From Phyllobates terribilis (Eukaryota): a stretch of 64,000 bases of DNA. Below the pieces are notes generated by a model. It saw only the letters and a program-made list of their open reading frames with translations. It made no database searches and had not been told where the DNA came from. The stretch is taken from the NCBI RefSeq assembly GCF_046119375.1, contig NW_027362762.1:514104001-514168000 (forward strand), written 5' to 3'. The stretch's first letter is position 1; every line of letters starts with the position of its first letter. A program made the position numbers and the translations under genes. Positions 11,932-23,607 of this stretch are shown here, piece after piece.

Positions 11932-12220
11932 TTGGGAGTAGGGAATAGTTGTGATTGCAGTCCTTTTAAGGACTAGGTTACATCATTTCCTACGACTTTT
12001 ATCAGGCAGGTCTGTGCTCTTAAATAGATAGGTTGGGAGTAAAGACTAATTGTAATTGCAGTCCTTTTCAGGGCTAGGTTACATCAGTTCCTATCACTTT
12101 TATCAGGCAGGTCTGTGCTCTTAAATAGATAGGTTGGGAGTAAAGGCTAACTGTAATTGCAGTCCTTTTGAGGGCTAGGTTACATCAGTTCCTATCACTT
12201 TTTGCCAGGCAGGTCTGTTT
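11932..12220. repeat. 101-bp tandem repeat, just under 3 copies, inside the hAT
   Basis: TTGCAGTCC recurs at 11955, 12056 and 12157. Confidence 0.85.
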
Positions 12221-12405
12221 TAGTGCTGTGCAAGTTTTTTTCACAGCATTTGGCTAAATCTAGCAAAGCAAATCCTTTTTGGCCTCTTGCAGTGTATGTT
12301 AGTCAGTGGAGTAGCCTATCTGTGTTGCAAGCTACACCACCTGTGTATAGAATACCAATTTTTTTACTGCACCTAGTGAAGTAAAACCTTTTGGGCGTAG
12401 CATCA

Positions 12406-14730
12406 TTCTATTAGTCCATCTATACTAACCTCCACCAGGTTGCAAATTCAATATAATTTTTTTCTGCATCTAGCTCTGAAAAAATATTTGGGATTCGGCT
12501 TGTAGCAGTGTGTGGGACTTGTTCTATTAGTCCATCTATACTAACCTCCACCAGGTTGCAAATTCAATATAATTTTTATCTGCATCTAGCTCTGAAAAAA
12601 TTTTGGGCTTCGGCTTGTAGCAGTGTGTGGGACTTGTTCTATTAGTCCATCTATACTAACCTCCACCAGGTTGCAAATTCAATATAATTTTTATCTGCAT
12701 CTAGCTCTGAAAAAATATTTGGGCTTCGGCTTGTAGCAGTGTGTGGGACTTGTTCTATTAGTCCATCTATACTAACCACCACCAGGTTGCAAATTCAATA
12801 TAATTTTTTTCTGCATCTAGCTCTGAAAAAATATTTCGGCTTGTAGCAGTGTGTGGGACTTGTTCTATTAGTCCATCTATACTAACCTCCACCAGGTTGC
12901 AAATTCAATATAATTTTTATCTGCATCTAGCTCTGAAAAAATTTTGGGCTTCGGCTTGTAGCAGTGTGTGGGACTTGTTCTATTAGTCCATCTATACTAA
13001 CCTACACCAGGTTGCAAATTCAATATAATTTTTTTCTGCATCTAGCTCTGAAAAAATATTTCAGCTTGTAGCAGTGTGTGGGGTTTGTTCTATTAGTCCA
13101 TCTATACTAACCTCCACCAGATTGCAAATTCAATATAATTTTTTTCTGCATCTAGCTCTGAAAAAATATTTGGGATTCGGCTTGTAGCAGTGTGTGGGAC
13201 TTGTTCTATTGGTCCATCTATACTAACTACCACCAGGTTGCAAATTCAATATAATTTTTTTCTGCATCTAGCTCTGAAAAAATATTTGGGATTCGGCTTG
13301 TAGCAGTGTGTGGGACTTGTTCTATTAGTCCATCTATACTAACCACCACCAGGTTGCAAATTCAATATAATTTTTTTCTGCATTTAGCTCTGAAAAAATA
13401 TTTCGGCTTGTAGCAGTGTGTGGGACTTGTTCTATTAGTCCATCTATACTAACCTCCACCAGGTTGCAAATTCAATATAATTTTTATCTGCATCTAGCTC
13501 TGAAAAAATTTTGGGCTTCGGCTTGTAGCAGTGTGTGGGACTTGTTCTATTAGTCCATCTATACTAACCTCCACCAGGTTGCAAATTCAATATAATTTTT
13601 TTCTGCATCTAGCTCTGAAAAAATATTTCAGCTTGTAGCAGTGTGTGGGACTTGTTCTATTAGTCCATCTATACTAACCTCCACCAGATTGCAAATTCAA
13701 TATAATTTTTTTCTGCATCTAGCTCTGAAAAAATATTTTGGCTTGTAGCAGTGTGTGGGACTTGTTCTATTAGTCCATCTATACTAACCTCCACCAGGTT
13801 GCAAATTCAATATAATTTTTATCTGCATCTAGCTCTGAAAAAATATTTGGGCTTCGGCTTGTAGCAGTGTGTGGGACTTGTTCTATTAGTCCATCTATAC
13901 TAACCTCCACCAGGTTGCAAATTCAATATAATTTTTTTCTGCATCTAGCTCTGAAAAAATATTTCAGCTTGTAGCAGTGTGTGGGACTTGTTCTATTAGT
14001 CCATCTATACTAACCTCCACCAGGTTGCAAATTCAATATAATTTTTATCTGCATCTAGCTCTGAAAAAATATTTCAGCTTCGGCTTGTAGCAGTGTGTGG
14101 GACTTGTTCTATTAGTCCATCTATACTAACCTCCACCAGGTTGCAAATTCAATATAATTTTAAACTGCATCTAGCTCTGAAAAAATATTTCGGCTTGTAG
14201 CAGTGTGTGGGACTTGTTCTATTAGTCCATCTATACTAACCTCCACCAGGTTGCAAATTCAATATAATTTTTTTCTGCATCTAGCTCTAAAAAAATATTT
14301 CGGCTTGTAGCAGTGTGTGGGACTTGTTCTATTAGTCCATCTATACTAACCTCCACCAGGTTGCAAATTCAATATAATTTTTTTCTGCATCTAGCTCTGA
14401 AAAAATATTTCAGCTTGTAGCAGTGTGTGGGACTTGTTCTATTAGTCCATCTATACGAACCTCCACCAGGTTGCAAATTCAATATAATTTTTATCTGCAT
14501 CTAGCTCTGAAAAAATATTTCAGCTTCGGCTTGTAGCAGTGTGTGGGACTTGTTCTATTAGTCCATCTATACTAACCTCCACCAGGTTGCAAATTCAATA
14601 TAATTTTTTTCTGCATCTAGCTCTGAAAAAATATTTCGGCTTGTAGCAGTGTGTGGGACTTGTTCTATTAGTCCATCTATACTAACCTCCACCAGGTTGC
14701 CAATTCAAAATAATTTTTATCTGCATCTAA
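12406..14730. repeat. Tandem array of 110-116 bp units (20 full + 1 partial) upstream of the hAT transposase
   Basis: Anchor TTCTATTAGTCCATCTATACTAACC at 12406, 12522, 12637, 12753, 12863, 12978, 13088, 13204, 13320, 13430, 13545, 13655, 13765, 13881, 13991, 14107, 14217, 14327, 14437, 14553, 14663. Confidence 0.95.
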
Positions 14731-14839
14731 CCCAGCCAATACTTTTGGGCTAATACCACAGTTTGGCCACTCAGCTCGGTTCCCATCCATTGTTTTTTGT
14801 GCAAACAACTCCAGAGTTGTGAATTAGTTACCCACCAAA

Positions 14840-17800
14840 ATGAGTGGAAAAAGGCCTGCTGCTGGTGGAAAGGGGAATAGGCATGTTGGGAAGGGAAAAA
14901 AAGGTTGTGTCCGTGGGGTAGGTGTTAAAGCAACAGTAACATGTGCAGAAGAAAGACCATCTTCCAGCCAAACTAAGATGTCTACTTCTTTTAGTGGACA
15001 ATGTGATAAGATCCCTTTCTTACGGCCACGCCAATCGCTACAAATTCCAGATGAGGCACAAAAACAGCAGGTGCTTCAACGGATATCAAGTGCTCCTTTA
15101 AGTGGGCTCTCCTCCACCTCAACTTCAACATCACACATACTCCAGTCCTCAGAGGTGTCACCCCAATCGCACTTGCTTCCTCACAGCTCCCAAGTCTCCA
15201 GCTGCCCGTCTGAGTATGGGGTAGAACAGATGGTTGAGTCTGCAGAGCTGTTTACTCATACTATAGCCTGGGAATCAGAGGTCGGCTCCAGAGCTTCTGT
15301 TAATCCAGACGAGGAAATGATCTGCACTGATGCCCAGAATCTTTATGAGTCGGATCCAGGACCAGACGCAGAAGGTTCTGACCATAATGTAGACCCTCGT
15401 TCCCAAACTGTAACTCCTGTTGGTGGAGACAATGAGGAAGACGATGATGAGACTCAAATACCTGATTGGAGCGACAACTTTAGTTTTTTGTCAGGGCACG
15501 AAGAGGTTGGCTCTGAGGACGACGGGTGTGATAACACACAGGGTGATGATGACAAGGTTGGAGATCCCACTTACTGTCAACCCACAGTCAGCCAGTCGAT
15601 GAGGTCAGCAGAGGAGGTGGAGGAGGATGCTAGTGACGACGAGGTCAGGTTGCGCCTTCCTGGACAGAGACGTATTACTGGAAGCACGTCAACAACTGCA
15701 TCCTCAAACACAACTCTGCCTCTGACCACAAGTCGTGGTGACTCTTCAGGTCACATGGGTGCTAAGCCTTGCATAGCCTGGGCATTTTGTCAGATCGATA
15801 AAGATGACCCAACTCGTGTTATCTGTAACATTTGCCAGCAAAAGCTAAGTAGAGGCCAAAAAATCCATAGTTTGAGTACTTCATGCATGAACCGGCACAT
15901 GGATATGAAGCATAAGTTGCAGTGGGAAGCTCACTGTGCTACAATGCGGCCTAGCCGGCCGGGCCAACCGCCATCTGCCACAGCTTGGGCATCCGCGGCC
16001 TCTTCATCCTCTGTGACTGGGGGGACAGCAGTCACACCTGTTTTGGGACGCAGACCTGCCACCTCTTTACCCGCAACAGCCAGCGTGATTGGCAGGTCAT
16101 CATTTTCTTTGGAGGTGGAAACACCAGCTGGTGTTCAGCGCTGTCCGACATCGATAGCACCACCTTTGGATCAAGGCAACCTAACATGTCCGTCTGCATC
16201 TTCCTCACAGACCGGCAGTTTGCCGGGGACACCCTTCTCAACCCCATCTAAGCACAACAGCCAGCCCTCGGTCCCTCAGATGTGGACAAGTAAAAGACCA
16301 TTTCCTCCTAGCCATGAGAAACCTAAGAGGTTGAATTTCACCATCTGCAAGCTCTTGGCTACAGAAATGCTGCCTTTCCGCCTAGTGGACACAGAGGATT
16401 TTCGAGAACTTATGTCCGTCGCAGTGCCCCAGTACCAGATGCCCAGTCGGCACTACTTCTCAAAGAAAGGTGTGCCTGCTCTCCACCAACATGTCGCACA
16501 CAACATCACCGCTTCTTTGAGAAACTCTGTGTGTGACAGGGTGCATTTCACCACAGACACTTGGACAAGTAGGCATGGACAGGGGCGTTACATGTCGCTG
16601 ACTGGGCACTGGGTAACTATGGTGACAGCAGGACAAGGGGCTGCTGTCCAAGTCTTGCCGTCCCCACGAGTTGTGCGTCAATCCTCTTTATCTCGAAGTT
16701 CCTCCACTGCTTCTGCCTCCACAACCTCCTCTCGGTCCTCCACCTGCACCCAAAGCCTGTCTGGTCATGCCACAAGCTTTCTAACTGTGCAGAAGGGATC
16801 CTGCACAACTCCTTACTATGCTGGCAGCAGGGCTCAACATCATCAGGCGGTTTTTACTTTGAAATGTCTGGGAAATGTGAGTCACACAGCTGAGGAGTTG
16901 TGGTCAGCTCTGGAGAACCAGAATCATGAATGGTTGTCTCCACTGGACCTGAAACCAGGGAAGGCCGTGTGCGACAATGCTGCAAACCTGGGTGCGGCCC
17001 TTCGCCGGGGCAATGTCACACACGTGCCTTGTATGGCTCACGTGTTGAACCTGGTTGTCCAGCAATTTTTAGCCCACTATCCCGGACTAGATGGCCTTCT
17101 GCAGAGGGCACGGTCGCTGTGTGCTCACTTCCGCCGTTTGCATCCCGCAGCTCAGCGACTTACATCTCTACAGAAGTCGATGGGCCTGCCACTTCACCGG
17201 CTAAAATGCGATGTGCCTACCCGGTGGAATTCAACTCTGCACATGCTGCAGCGACTGTGGAAGCACCGACAAGCCCTGGTGCAATACGTTCTGACGTATA
17301 GCCTGTGCCAACGAGATCCAGAGGTGAGGCAAATCACGCTGGAGGAGTGGTCTCAGATCAGGGACCTATGCACCCTTCTGCACAGTTTTGAAATGGCGAC
17401 GAAGATGTTTAGTGCTGACGATGCCATTATCAGCATGACTATTCCGGTGATTTACATGCTGGAGCACATGTTAAACAGAATTCGGAGTCAGGTGGTGGTA
17501 CAAGAGGAGGTGGAGGAAGTAGAGGAGGAGGAGTTGTATGCGGAAGGGCTAACATCTGCAAGGTCCAGACGGTCGGCAGCACCAAGGCGGCAGGCATGTG
17601 AGGGTGGGGGAGATGGTTTTACCAGGGCGCATGGTAGCAGCCAAACTAGTGAGGAAGGTGCAGGAGCCCAGGAAGAAGTGGAGGACGAACTGATGGAAGA
17701 CTCATCAGATGAGGGAGACCTTGATCACATTTCTGTTGTGCGAGGTTGGGGGGAGAGGGCAGAGGAAGGAAGCATGATTGTTACCTCGCCACCAACACAA

Positions 17801-18530
17801 CAGGGACTTGGTGCTCCTGGATGCGCAAGACACATGAGTGCCTTCTTGCTGCACTACCTGCAACATGACCCTCGAATTGTGAGAATTAGACTACTGGGTT
17901 GCCACACTGTTAGATCCCCGGTACAAAAGTAAATTTGCAGAAATTATTCCTGCCGTAGAAAGAGATGCACGCATGCAGGAGTATCAGCAAAGACGGTTGC
18001 AGAATCTTACATGTGCTTTTCCACAAAACACTAGTGGTGCACGTAGTGAATCTCACAGTTCAAACTTGCCAACTGTGGGACCGTCGAGTGTTCAGCACTC
18101 AAAACGTAACAGAAACACAGTATCTGCTGGTAACATCAATTTTGCGGAATCATTTCACCACTTTTTTAGCCCAACCTTTGCAAGGCCACAGGAGACAAGA
18201 AGCCTGACACATAGTCAACGCCTAGAGACGATGGTACAGGAGTATCTCCAAGTAAACATTGAAGCCATGACTGTGTCACTGGACCCTTGCTCTTTTTGGG
18301 CTTCCAATCTGGATAAATGGCCGGAGCTCGCCACTTACGCCTTGGAAATCTTGTCATGCCCCGCAGCCAGCGTTCTGTCTGAACGTGTGTTCAGCGCTGC
18401 TGGTGGTGTGCTGACAGATAAGCGCACGCGGCTCTCCACTGATAATGTAGACAGACTCACGTTCATAAAGATGAACAAATCATGGATCCGAAAGGACTTT
18501 TCTACCCCTGTGTCATCCTGGGGTGAGTAA
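14840..18530 (+). pseudogene. hAT transposase (BED zinc finger, DDE catalytic core, C-terminal dimerisation domain) with one frameshift near 17890
   Basis: ORF 14840..17932: BED finger (AWAF...VICNICQQ...MNRHMDMKH), VHFTTDTWTS, VCDNAAN, PCMAHVLNL, CDVPTRWNST. A different frame from ~17891 reads DYWVATLLDPRYK and runs into ORF 17973..18530 with FWASN...WPELA and SVLSERVFSAAG. Confidence 0.93.
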
Positions 18531-18580
18531 AAGCATGATGATTTGTTAAAATCACCTCACCAACCGTTTTAAGCTTTCAA

Positions 18581-19020
18581 ATTACTAATCATGTTTATCT
18601 GTATCTTGGCTGGAAAATAATTTGGGCCTTGTAGCAGTTTGCAGTACTGATTCTATTAGGCCATCTATACTAAACTCCACCAGATTTAAAATTACTAATC
18701 ATGTTTATCTGTATCTTGGCTGGAAAATAATTTGGGCCTTGTAGCAGTTTGCAGTACTGATTCTATTCGGCCATCTATACTAAACTCCACCAGATTTAAA
18801 ATTACTAATCATGTTTATCTGTATCTTGGCTGGAAAATAATTTGGGCCTTGTAGCAGTTTGCAGTACTGATTCTATTAGGCCATCTATACTAAACTCCAC
18901 CAGATTTAAAATTACTAATCATGTTTATCTGTATCTTGGCTGGAAAATAATTTGGGCCTTGTAGCAGTTTGCAGTACTGATTCTATTCGGCCATCTATAC
19001 TAAGCTCCACTAGCTTTCAA
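18581..19020. repeat. Four 110-bp tandem units downstream of the transposase, homologous to the upstream array unit
   Basis: ATTACTAATC at 18581, 18691, 18801 and 18911. Shares TTGTAGCAGT and TTCTATT-G-CCATCTATACTAA-CTCCACCAG with the 12406 array. Confidence 0.92.
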
Positions 19021-19074
19021 ATTAATAATAATTTTTAGCTGCATCTAGGCCGGAAAATAATTTTGGGGCTCCTA

Positions 19075-20495
19075 GATGCGCAAGACATATGAGTGCCTTC
19101 TTGCTGCACTACCTGCAACATGACCATCAGATTGTCAGAATTCAAAATAATCCTGACTACTGGGTTGCCACACTCTTAGATCCCCCACACTCTTCGATCA
19201 ACCTTTTCATTTTAAGAACAAAAAAATGGTCATTTTTGAAATTATAAGCATTAGCAGGTTATTAGAAACTGAAATCAAACAGTTTTCAACTCAAAACTTT
19301 ATTCTAGGTGATGTTACATTTGCACATAGGACCCATTGTTCGAAAGGAGCTTCTGAACTCTCTCGTCCATTGAATTTGTCAGGTTTTGGATGGTTTCTGC
19401 TTCAATTGTTTTGTATGAGGACAGAATACCCTCCCAGAGCTGTTGCTTAGATGTGAACTGCCTCCCGCCATCATAGACACTCCTTTTGATGATGCTCCAG
19501 AGGTTCTCAATGGGGTTGAGGTCAGGGGAGCATGGGGGTCACACCATAAGTTTGTCCCCTTTTATGCCCATAGCAGCCAGAGATGCAGATGTGTTATGTG
19601 CAGCATGAGACGGTGCATTATCATGCATGAAAATGATCTTGCTGCGGAATACACGGTTCTTCTTCTTGAACCATGGCAGGAAGTGCTGTTTGAGAAACTC
19701 CACATACATTATGGAGTTCATCTTTACCCCTTCAGGGATCCTAAAGGGGCCGACAATCTCTCTCCCCATGATTCCAGCCCAAAACATTACTCCACCTCCT
19801 CCTTGTTGGCGCCGTAGCCGTGTTTGCATGGGGTGTCCATCAACCAGCCATCCTCCACTCCATCCATCTGGACCATCGAGCGTTGCACGGCACTCATCGG
19901 TGAACAAAACAGTTTTGAAGTCAGTCTTCATGTATTGTTTGGCCCACTGGAGCCGTTTCTGCTTGTGTACAGTGGATAGAGGAGGTCGACAGGATGGCTT
20001 ACACACAGCTGCAAACCTCTGAAGGACCCTGCATCTTGTTGTTCGGGGGACGTTGGAGGCACCAGCAGCTTCAAAAACTTGTCTGCTGCTATGACAAGAC
20101 TTTTTTGCCGCTGCTCTCTTAACCTGACGTAATTGCCTGTAGGAAAGAGTCCTCAATTTTCCCTTATCAGCACGCACACGTGTGTACTGTGAATCAGCTA
20201 CATACTTCTTGTAGGCTGCTTAATAATGTGGGACAGCCTTCTTAAGTAGTCTTGCCTTTCATTGTACACACCTGCCAAACTAATTAGCACAGGAGTCTGC
20301 AATTGCTTACAGTGATATAAAGAGCCCTGACACACATCACCATCAATGAGTTTAACTGACAAACAAAAAAATTCTTACCTTATCACTCCTAAACACTTTT
20401 TGCATAATAATTAGGAACACAGTGTACATGTGCTTTTCCACAAAACACCTGTGGTTCACGTAGTGAATCTTACAGTTCTAACTTGCCAACCGTGG
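19075..20495 (+). repeat. Partial second copy of the hAT transposase 3' region (pieces ~19075-19185 and 20425-20495), split by the DD37E element
   Basis: 19075-19185 matches ~17818-17918 (GATGCGCAAGACA-ATGAGTGCCTTCTTGCTGCACTACCTGCAACATGACC). 20425-20495 matches ~18008-18078 (TACATGTGCTTTTCCACAAAACAC). Confidence 0.85.
19190..20424 (-). mobile_element. Tc1-like DD37E (TRT-type) transposon, defective
   Basis: Minus-strand frame VLFTDECRATLDGPDGW...FMHDNAPSH...PPCSPDLNPIENLW, with 37 residues between the second D and the E. TGA replaces Trp at 19539-19541; the natural stop is at 19314-19316; N-terminal codons appear deleted. One TIR (CACTGTGTTCCTAATTATTATGCA) plus TA at 20425-20426; the other TIR is missing. 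Confidence 0.88.
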
Positions 20496-22330
20496 TCTGT
20501 ATGGAGTTGTTCAATAAAGGGCCCAAAATTAAGATAACATAGATGGGAGAGGTCTCTATGAATACAAATTCCTAAGTATTTGATACCCTGTGAGGGCCAG
20601 GCAAAGGGAAAGTTGGACTGGATGTAATCCTGTATGGATTTGGGGAGGGAAACATCGAGGGCCTCAGACTTCGCTGCATTGATTTTAAAATTTGACCATG
20701 TAACAAAGTGATCTATTTCAGCCATAACAGCAGGGATGGATATATGTGATTGAGTGCTATATACTTGGACATCATCAGCAAATGCAGAGCACTTGTACTC
20801 GGTGCCTCCCACCTCAATCCACCTAATATTGGGGTTATGGTGAATTGATGAAAGCAGGTGCTCCGTCACTAGGATGTATAAGAGAGGGGACAGAGGACAT
20901 CCCTGCCTTGTCCCATTGGTGATTATGAAAGGTGATGAAAATGTTCTGACGCGCCCCCTGGGCCTTGGGACTCCGGGAGCCGGACCCTTTTTGGTGGATA
21001 CTGGGGGTTGTAGTCTCCGTTGCGGCGACCCGGTTCCGTAGCTCGGGGCGGTCAAACCAGTGGCGGAACTATTTATGTGGTTTTGATGTTTAAATGTCCG
21101 ACTACGCCACCCGTGGATTGCGGTCAGAGTGAACCGCCGCTGCAGGGCAGACCGCTGAGGCTGGTGTTGTGGGTGCAGCAGTGCGTAGTATAACTCCCCA
21201 CGGGAGGAGTATAGCCTCAGGGCAGTGTATGCGGAGGATGGGGGTGATGGTGCAGGGCAGCAGCAGTAACGACACGGAGTCAGTGATGCAGTGCAGGGCC
21301 TTTACTCACAGTTCTTATTATCCAGACCACTTCTGCAGGTAACGGCTGCCCACGTCGTACTGTGCTCACCAGGTGAGGGGCTCGGCCAACTCCCAGATAA
21401 CTTTGGAGCGCTTCACAGGACCCCCTTTGTGTGTCCTTTCTCTGGCCTTTCTTACCCCACCAGTGACCACGCTTCTGTCCGGCTGCCTCGGGCCTCCTCT
21501 TGGTAAACTTGGCGCCAGTTTCCCTGACCCTTTGTGGTGCCTTCCTAGCGGGTGTAGCGAGGGGCTGCGCCACATAAAATGTCACAGCCTCCGGTTTCTA
21601 GCTGAGGGTCGTTTCCCGCCTCCACTAGTTTCGGGGACCGGTCTCCCCCTTTGGCCTGACCCCTCCACGCAGGTGGATTCGGGCGTGCGGTGGCGACTCG
21701 CCCGTCCGCACCCCTGGGATCCCTTCGTTCCTGGAGCCTTCTCCTCTCCTCTTCCTTCCTTCTCCCTCTTCCAGGCCTGGGCCTCTGTTACTAGGCCCGC
21801 CTCCGGAGCAGAGCTCATGCAGAGCCCCTGCTCCCTGTCACTTCTGCTCAGACTTCTCTGCACTGAACTAAGATGGTGCCCACCTTTTATACTCCCTTCT
21901 CAATGCACCCAGGAACTGCTTCCTCCCTGCTCCTTCACTACAGGGTTCCCCTTCCTCGGTGTTCCCTCCCCCCACTCCAGCCAGGGACAGGGACTGTCGT
22001 GCCCATCTCAGGGGCATATTGGTCGCCCTGCCCCACGGCAATGTGGTGTAATGCATGCATGTGTCGGGGTCCTGATCCACACTCCATCCTTACCTGAGAG
22101 TGAGATATCACACCTCTGGGTGAGGTGCAATACCTCTGTAGCAACCGAGCCCTAGGGGTGCTACAGTTTCATTTATCTTCAGCCTAGGTGATGTATTGCG
22201 ATACAGGGCCGTGATTTTGGCTATAAAAGGGTCCCCTAGACTCCTACCCCAAGCTTTTTAAGAGAATAATATATGGCGTGCCAGGAGACTCTATGGAATG
22301 CTTTCTCAGCATCCAACGAGAGTATCTAAT
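20496..22330 (-). mobile_element. L1-clade LINE reverse transcriptase fragment interrupted by a solo LTR
   Basis: Minus strand 22330-22166 reads ILSLDAEKAFHRVSW...FIAKITALY...RLKINE and continues in frame across the LTR into TFSSPFIITNGTRQGCPLSPLLY...FADD...FKINAAKS...KYLGI (20946-20496). Confidence 0.88.
20947..22165 (-). mobile_element. Gypsy-type solo LTR inserted in the L1 fragment
   Basis: Ends TGACGCGCCCCC...GGGGTGCTACA; flanks GTTC / GTTT (4-bp TSD with 1 mismatch). Removal restores the L1 frame (INETFS). Confidence 0.8.
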
Positions 22331-22580
22331 TACAAATTTTTAACTGCATCTAGCCCAGGAAATACTTTGTGCCTAGTAGCAGTGTCTGCTAGTCAGCGGA
22401 TTATCCCAGCTGTTAAGCAAGCTACACCACCTGTAGTTTGGACACTTAATTTTTTCAAAGGAAATGCTTCGGGCCCCCAGGATACTCAGTGAAGAGCATC
22501 GGGAGGCACCCCAAGGCACAGGGGCTGGGACTGGCGGTAGGACGCCTTGCGGTGGACTGCCAAGCTCGATCCTTATAAAA

Positions 22581-22701
22581 GCTTTTTAACTGCAGCAGCT
22601 TTAGTGGACGCTACTGGAGCTGGAATTACGCGGCTGCTGGCATGAGACTTGCCCTCCAATAGATCCTTGTAAATGGATTTAAAGTGTATTCATTCAAATT
22701 A
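22581..22701 (-). pseudogene. 18S rRNA gene fragment (helix 18 / 530-loop region) inside the hAT
   Basis: The reverse complement matches the recalled eukaryotic 18S stretch TAATTGGAATGAGT...TTTAAATCC...GGAGGGCAAGTCTGGTGCCAGCAGCCGCGGTAATTCCAGCTCCAATAGCGTATATTAAAGTTGCTGCAGTTAAAAAGC, with scattered substitutions. Confidence 0.88.
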
Positions 22702-23530
22702 GAGAGACAATTTAAATTAAAAGCTTAGAGCTGCCTCCACCGCAGGGGGGCTCGCTCGACCCACCAGTGGACAGGCACCAGTATTGGGAGAGGGGGGCTG
22801 GCCATCAGGGTCCACCGCAGCTCTGGCACAAACCCGGCGACATGGAGGTCGCACGGGCAGGAACGGACTGGCCGTGTCGGCTTCGCACTTTTTTGGTTTT
22901 AGAAGGGCATGGCATGCCTATATCTATGTCTCCCCCTCCATCTCTTTTCTTTTCGCATGACTATATGTACTTGTCACTTTTCCATGTGTTAGTTGTGTCT
23001 TCTGAGCAGTTTGTCAGCTTTTGGACACCTTTGAAGTGTTTTGTATGTGTTTTCTATGTGTTTTCTATGTGTTTCTATTTGCCTGCCATTGGTTTTAACG
23101 GTGTTCGAAGGTGTTTGACGAACAGTTCGTCGAACATACGGGTGTTCGACGAACCGAACTCGAACACTACGGGAGTGGCTCAACACTATTAGCTAGCTGC
23201 TAGTGGTCGTAACCATGGATACCTAAGGTCCTGTATTGCCTGCACATGAGGTAAGTGACATAGCGAATCAAAAATACTATACTACATTTCTAATTGGAGG
23301 TATTTGCTAATATTATTATTATTACACCTACTACATATTGGGATAGGAACTTGGAGATGGGAATACCCCTTTAAGTGGTTTGCTTGGACTCTGCCCATAT
23401 TAAGCTTATATTTTAAGGATTTTAAGGTGTGAAGAATCCAATTCTCCCTTTGGGTTACACTTTCAGCCCTACTAATATCAATTTTTATAATTCTTTTTAT
23501 TCACTTTGATGCACAATGTTATTAAGGAAA

Positions 23531-23576
23531 TAATATATATATATATATATATATATACATACACATACATACACAT

Positions 23577-23607
<31 letters not shown>
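23531..23607. repeat. (TA)n/(CATA)n microsatellite at the Tc1 TA insertion site
   Basis: Direct reading of the sequence. Confidence 0.9.

Larger units (their letters stand above)
11391..23188 (+). mobile_element. 11.8 kb hAT DNA transposon with nested insertions
   Basis: TIRs TAGAGATGAGC / GCTCAACACTA, perfect 8-bp TSD TTAGCTAG (11383-11390, 23189-23196), clustered GTTCG/CGAAC subterminal motifs at both ends, internal hAT transposase. Confidence 0.92.
11224..23370. mobile_element. T2-type (TTAA, AGGRR-terminal) palindromic MITE split by the hAT insertion; halves 11224-11390 and 23197-23370
   Basis: TTAA-AGGGGTATTCCCATCTCCAAG ... CTTGGAGATGGGAATACCCCT-TTAA. An uninterrupted paralog lies at 40546..40892. 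Confidence 0.85.

Noticed and set aside
12406-14730. Regular repeat array resembling a CRISPR locus
   Set aside because: Units are near-identical along their whole length with no unique spacers; the context is eukaryotic and the neighbouring ORF is a hAT transposase, not cas.
21373-22155. 260-aa plus-strand ORF
   Set aside because: It lies wholly within a GC-rich solo LTR and has no recognisable motifs; expected by chance.
22581-22701. Functional 18S rRNA gene
   Set aside because: Only ~120 bp, with substitutions and a deletion in the invariant region, and no flanking rDNA recognised.
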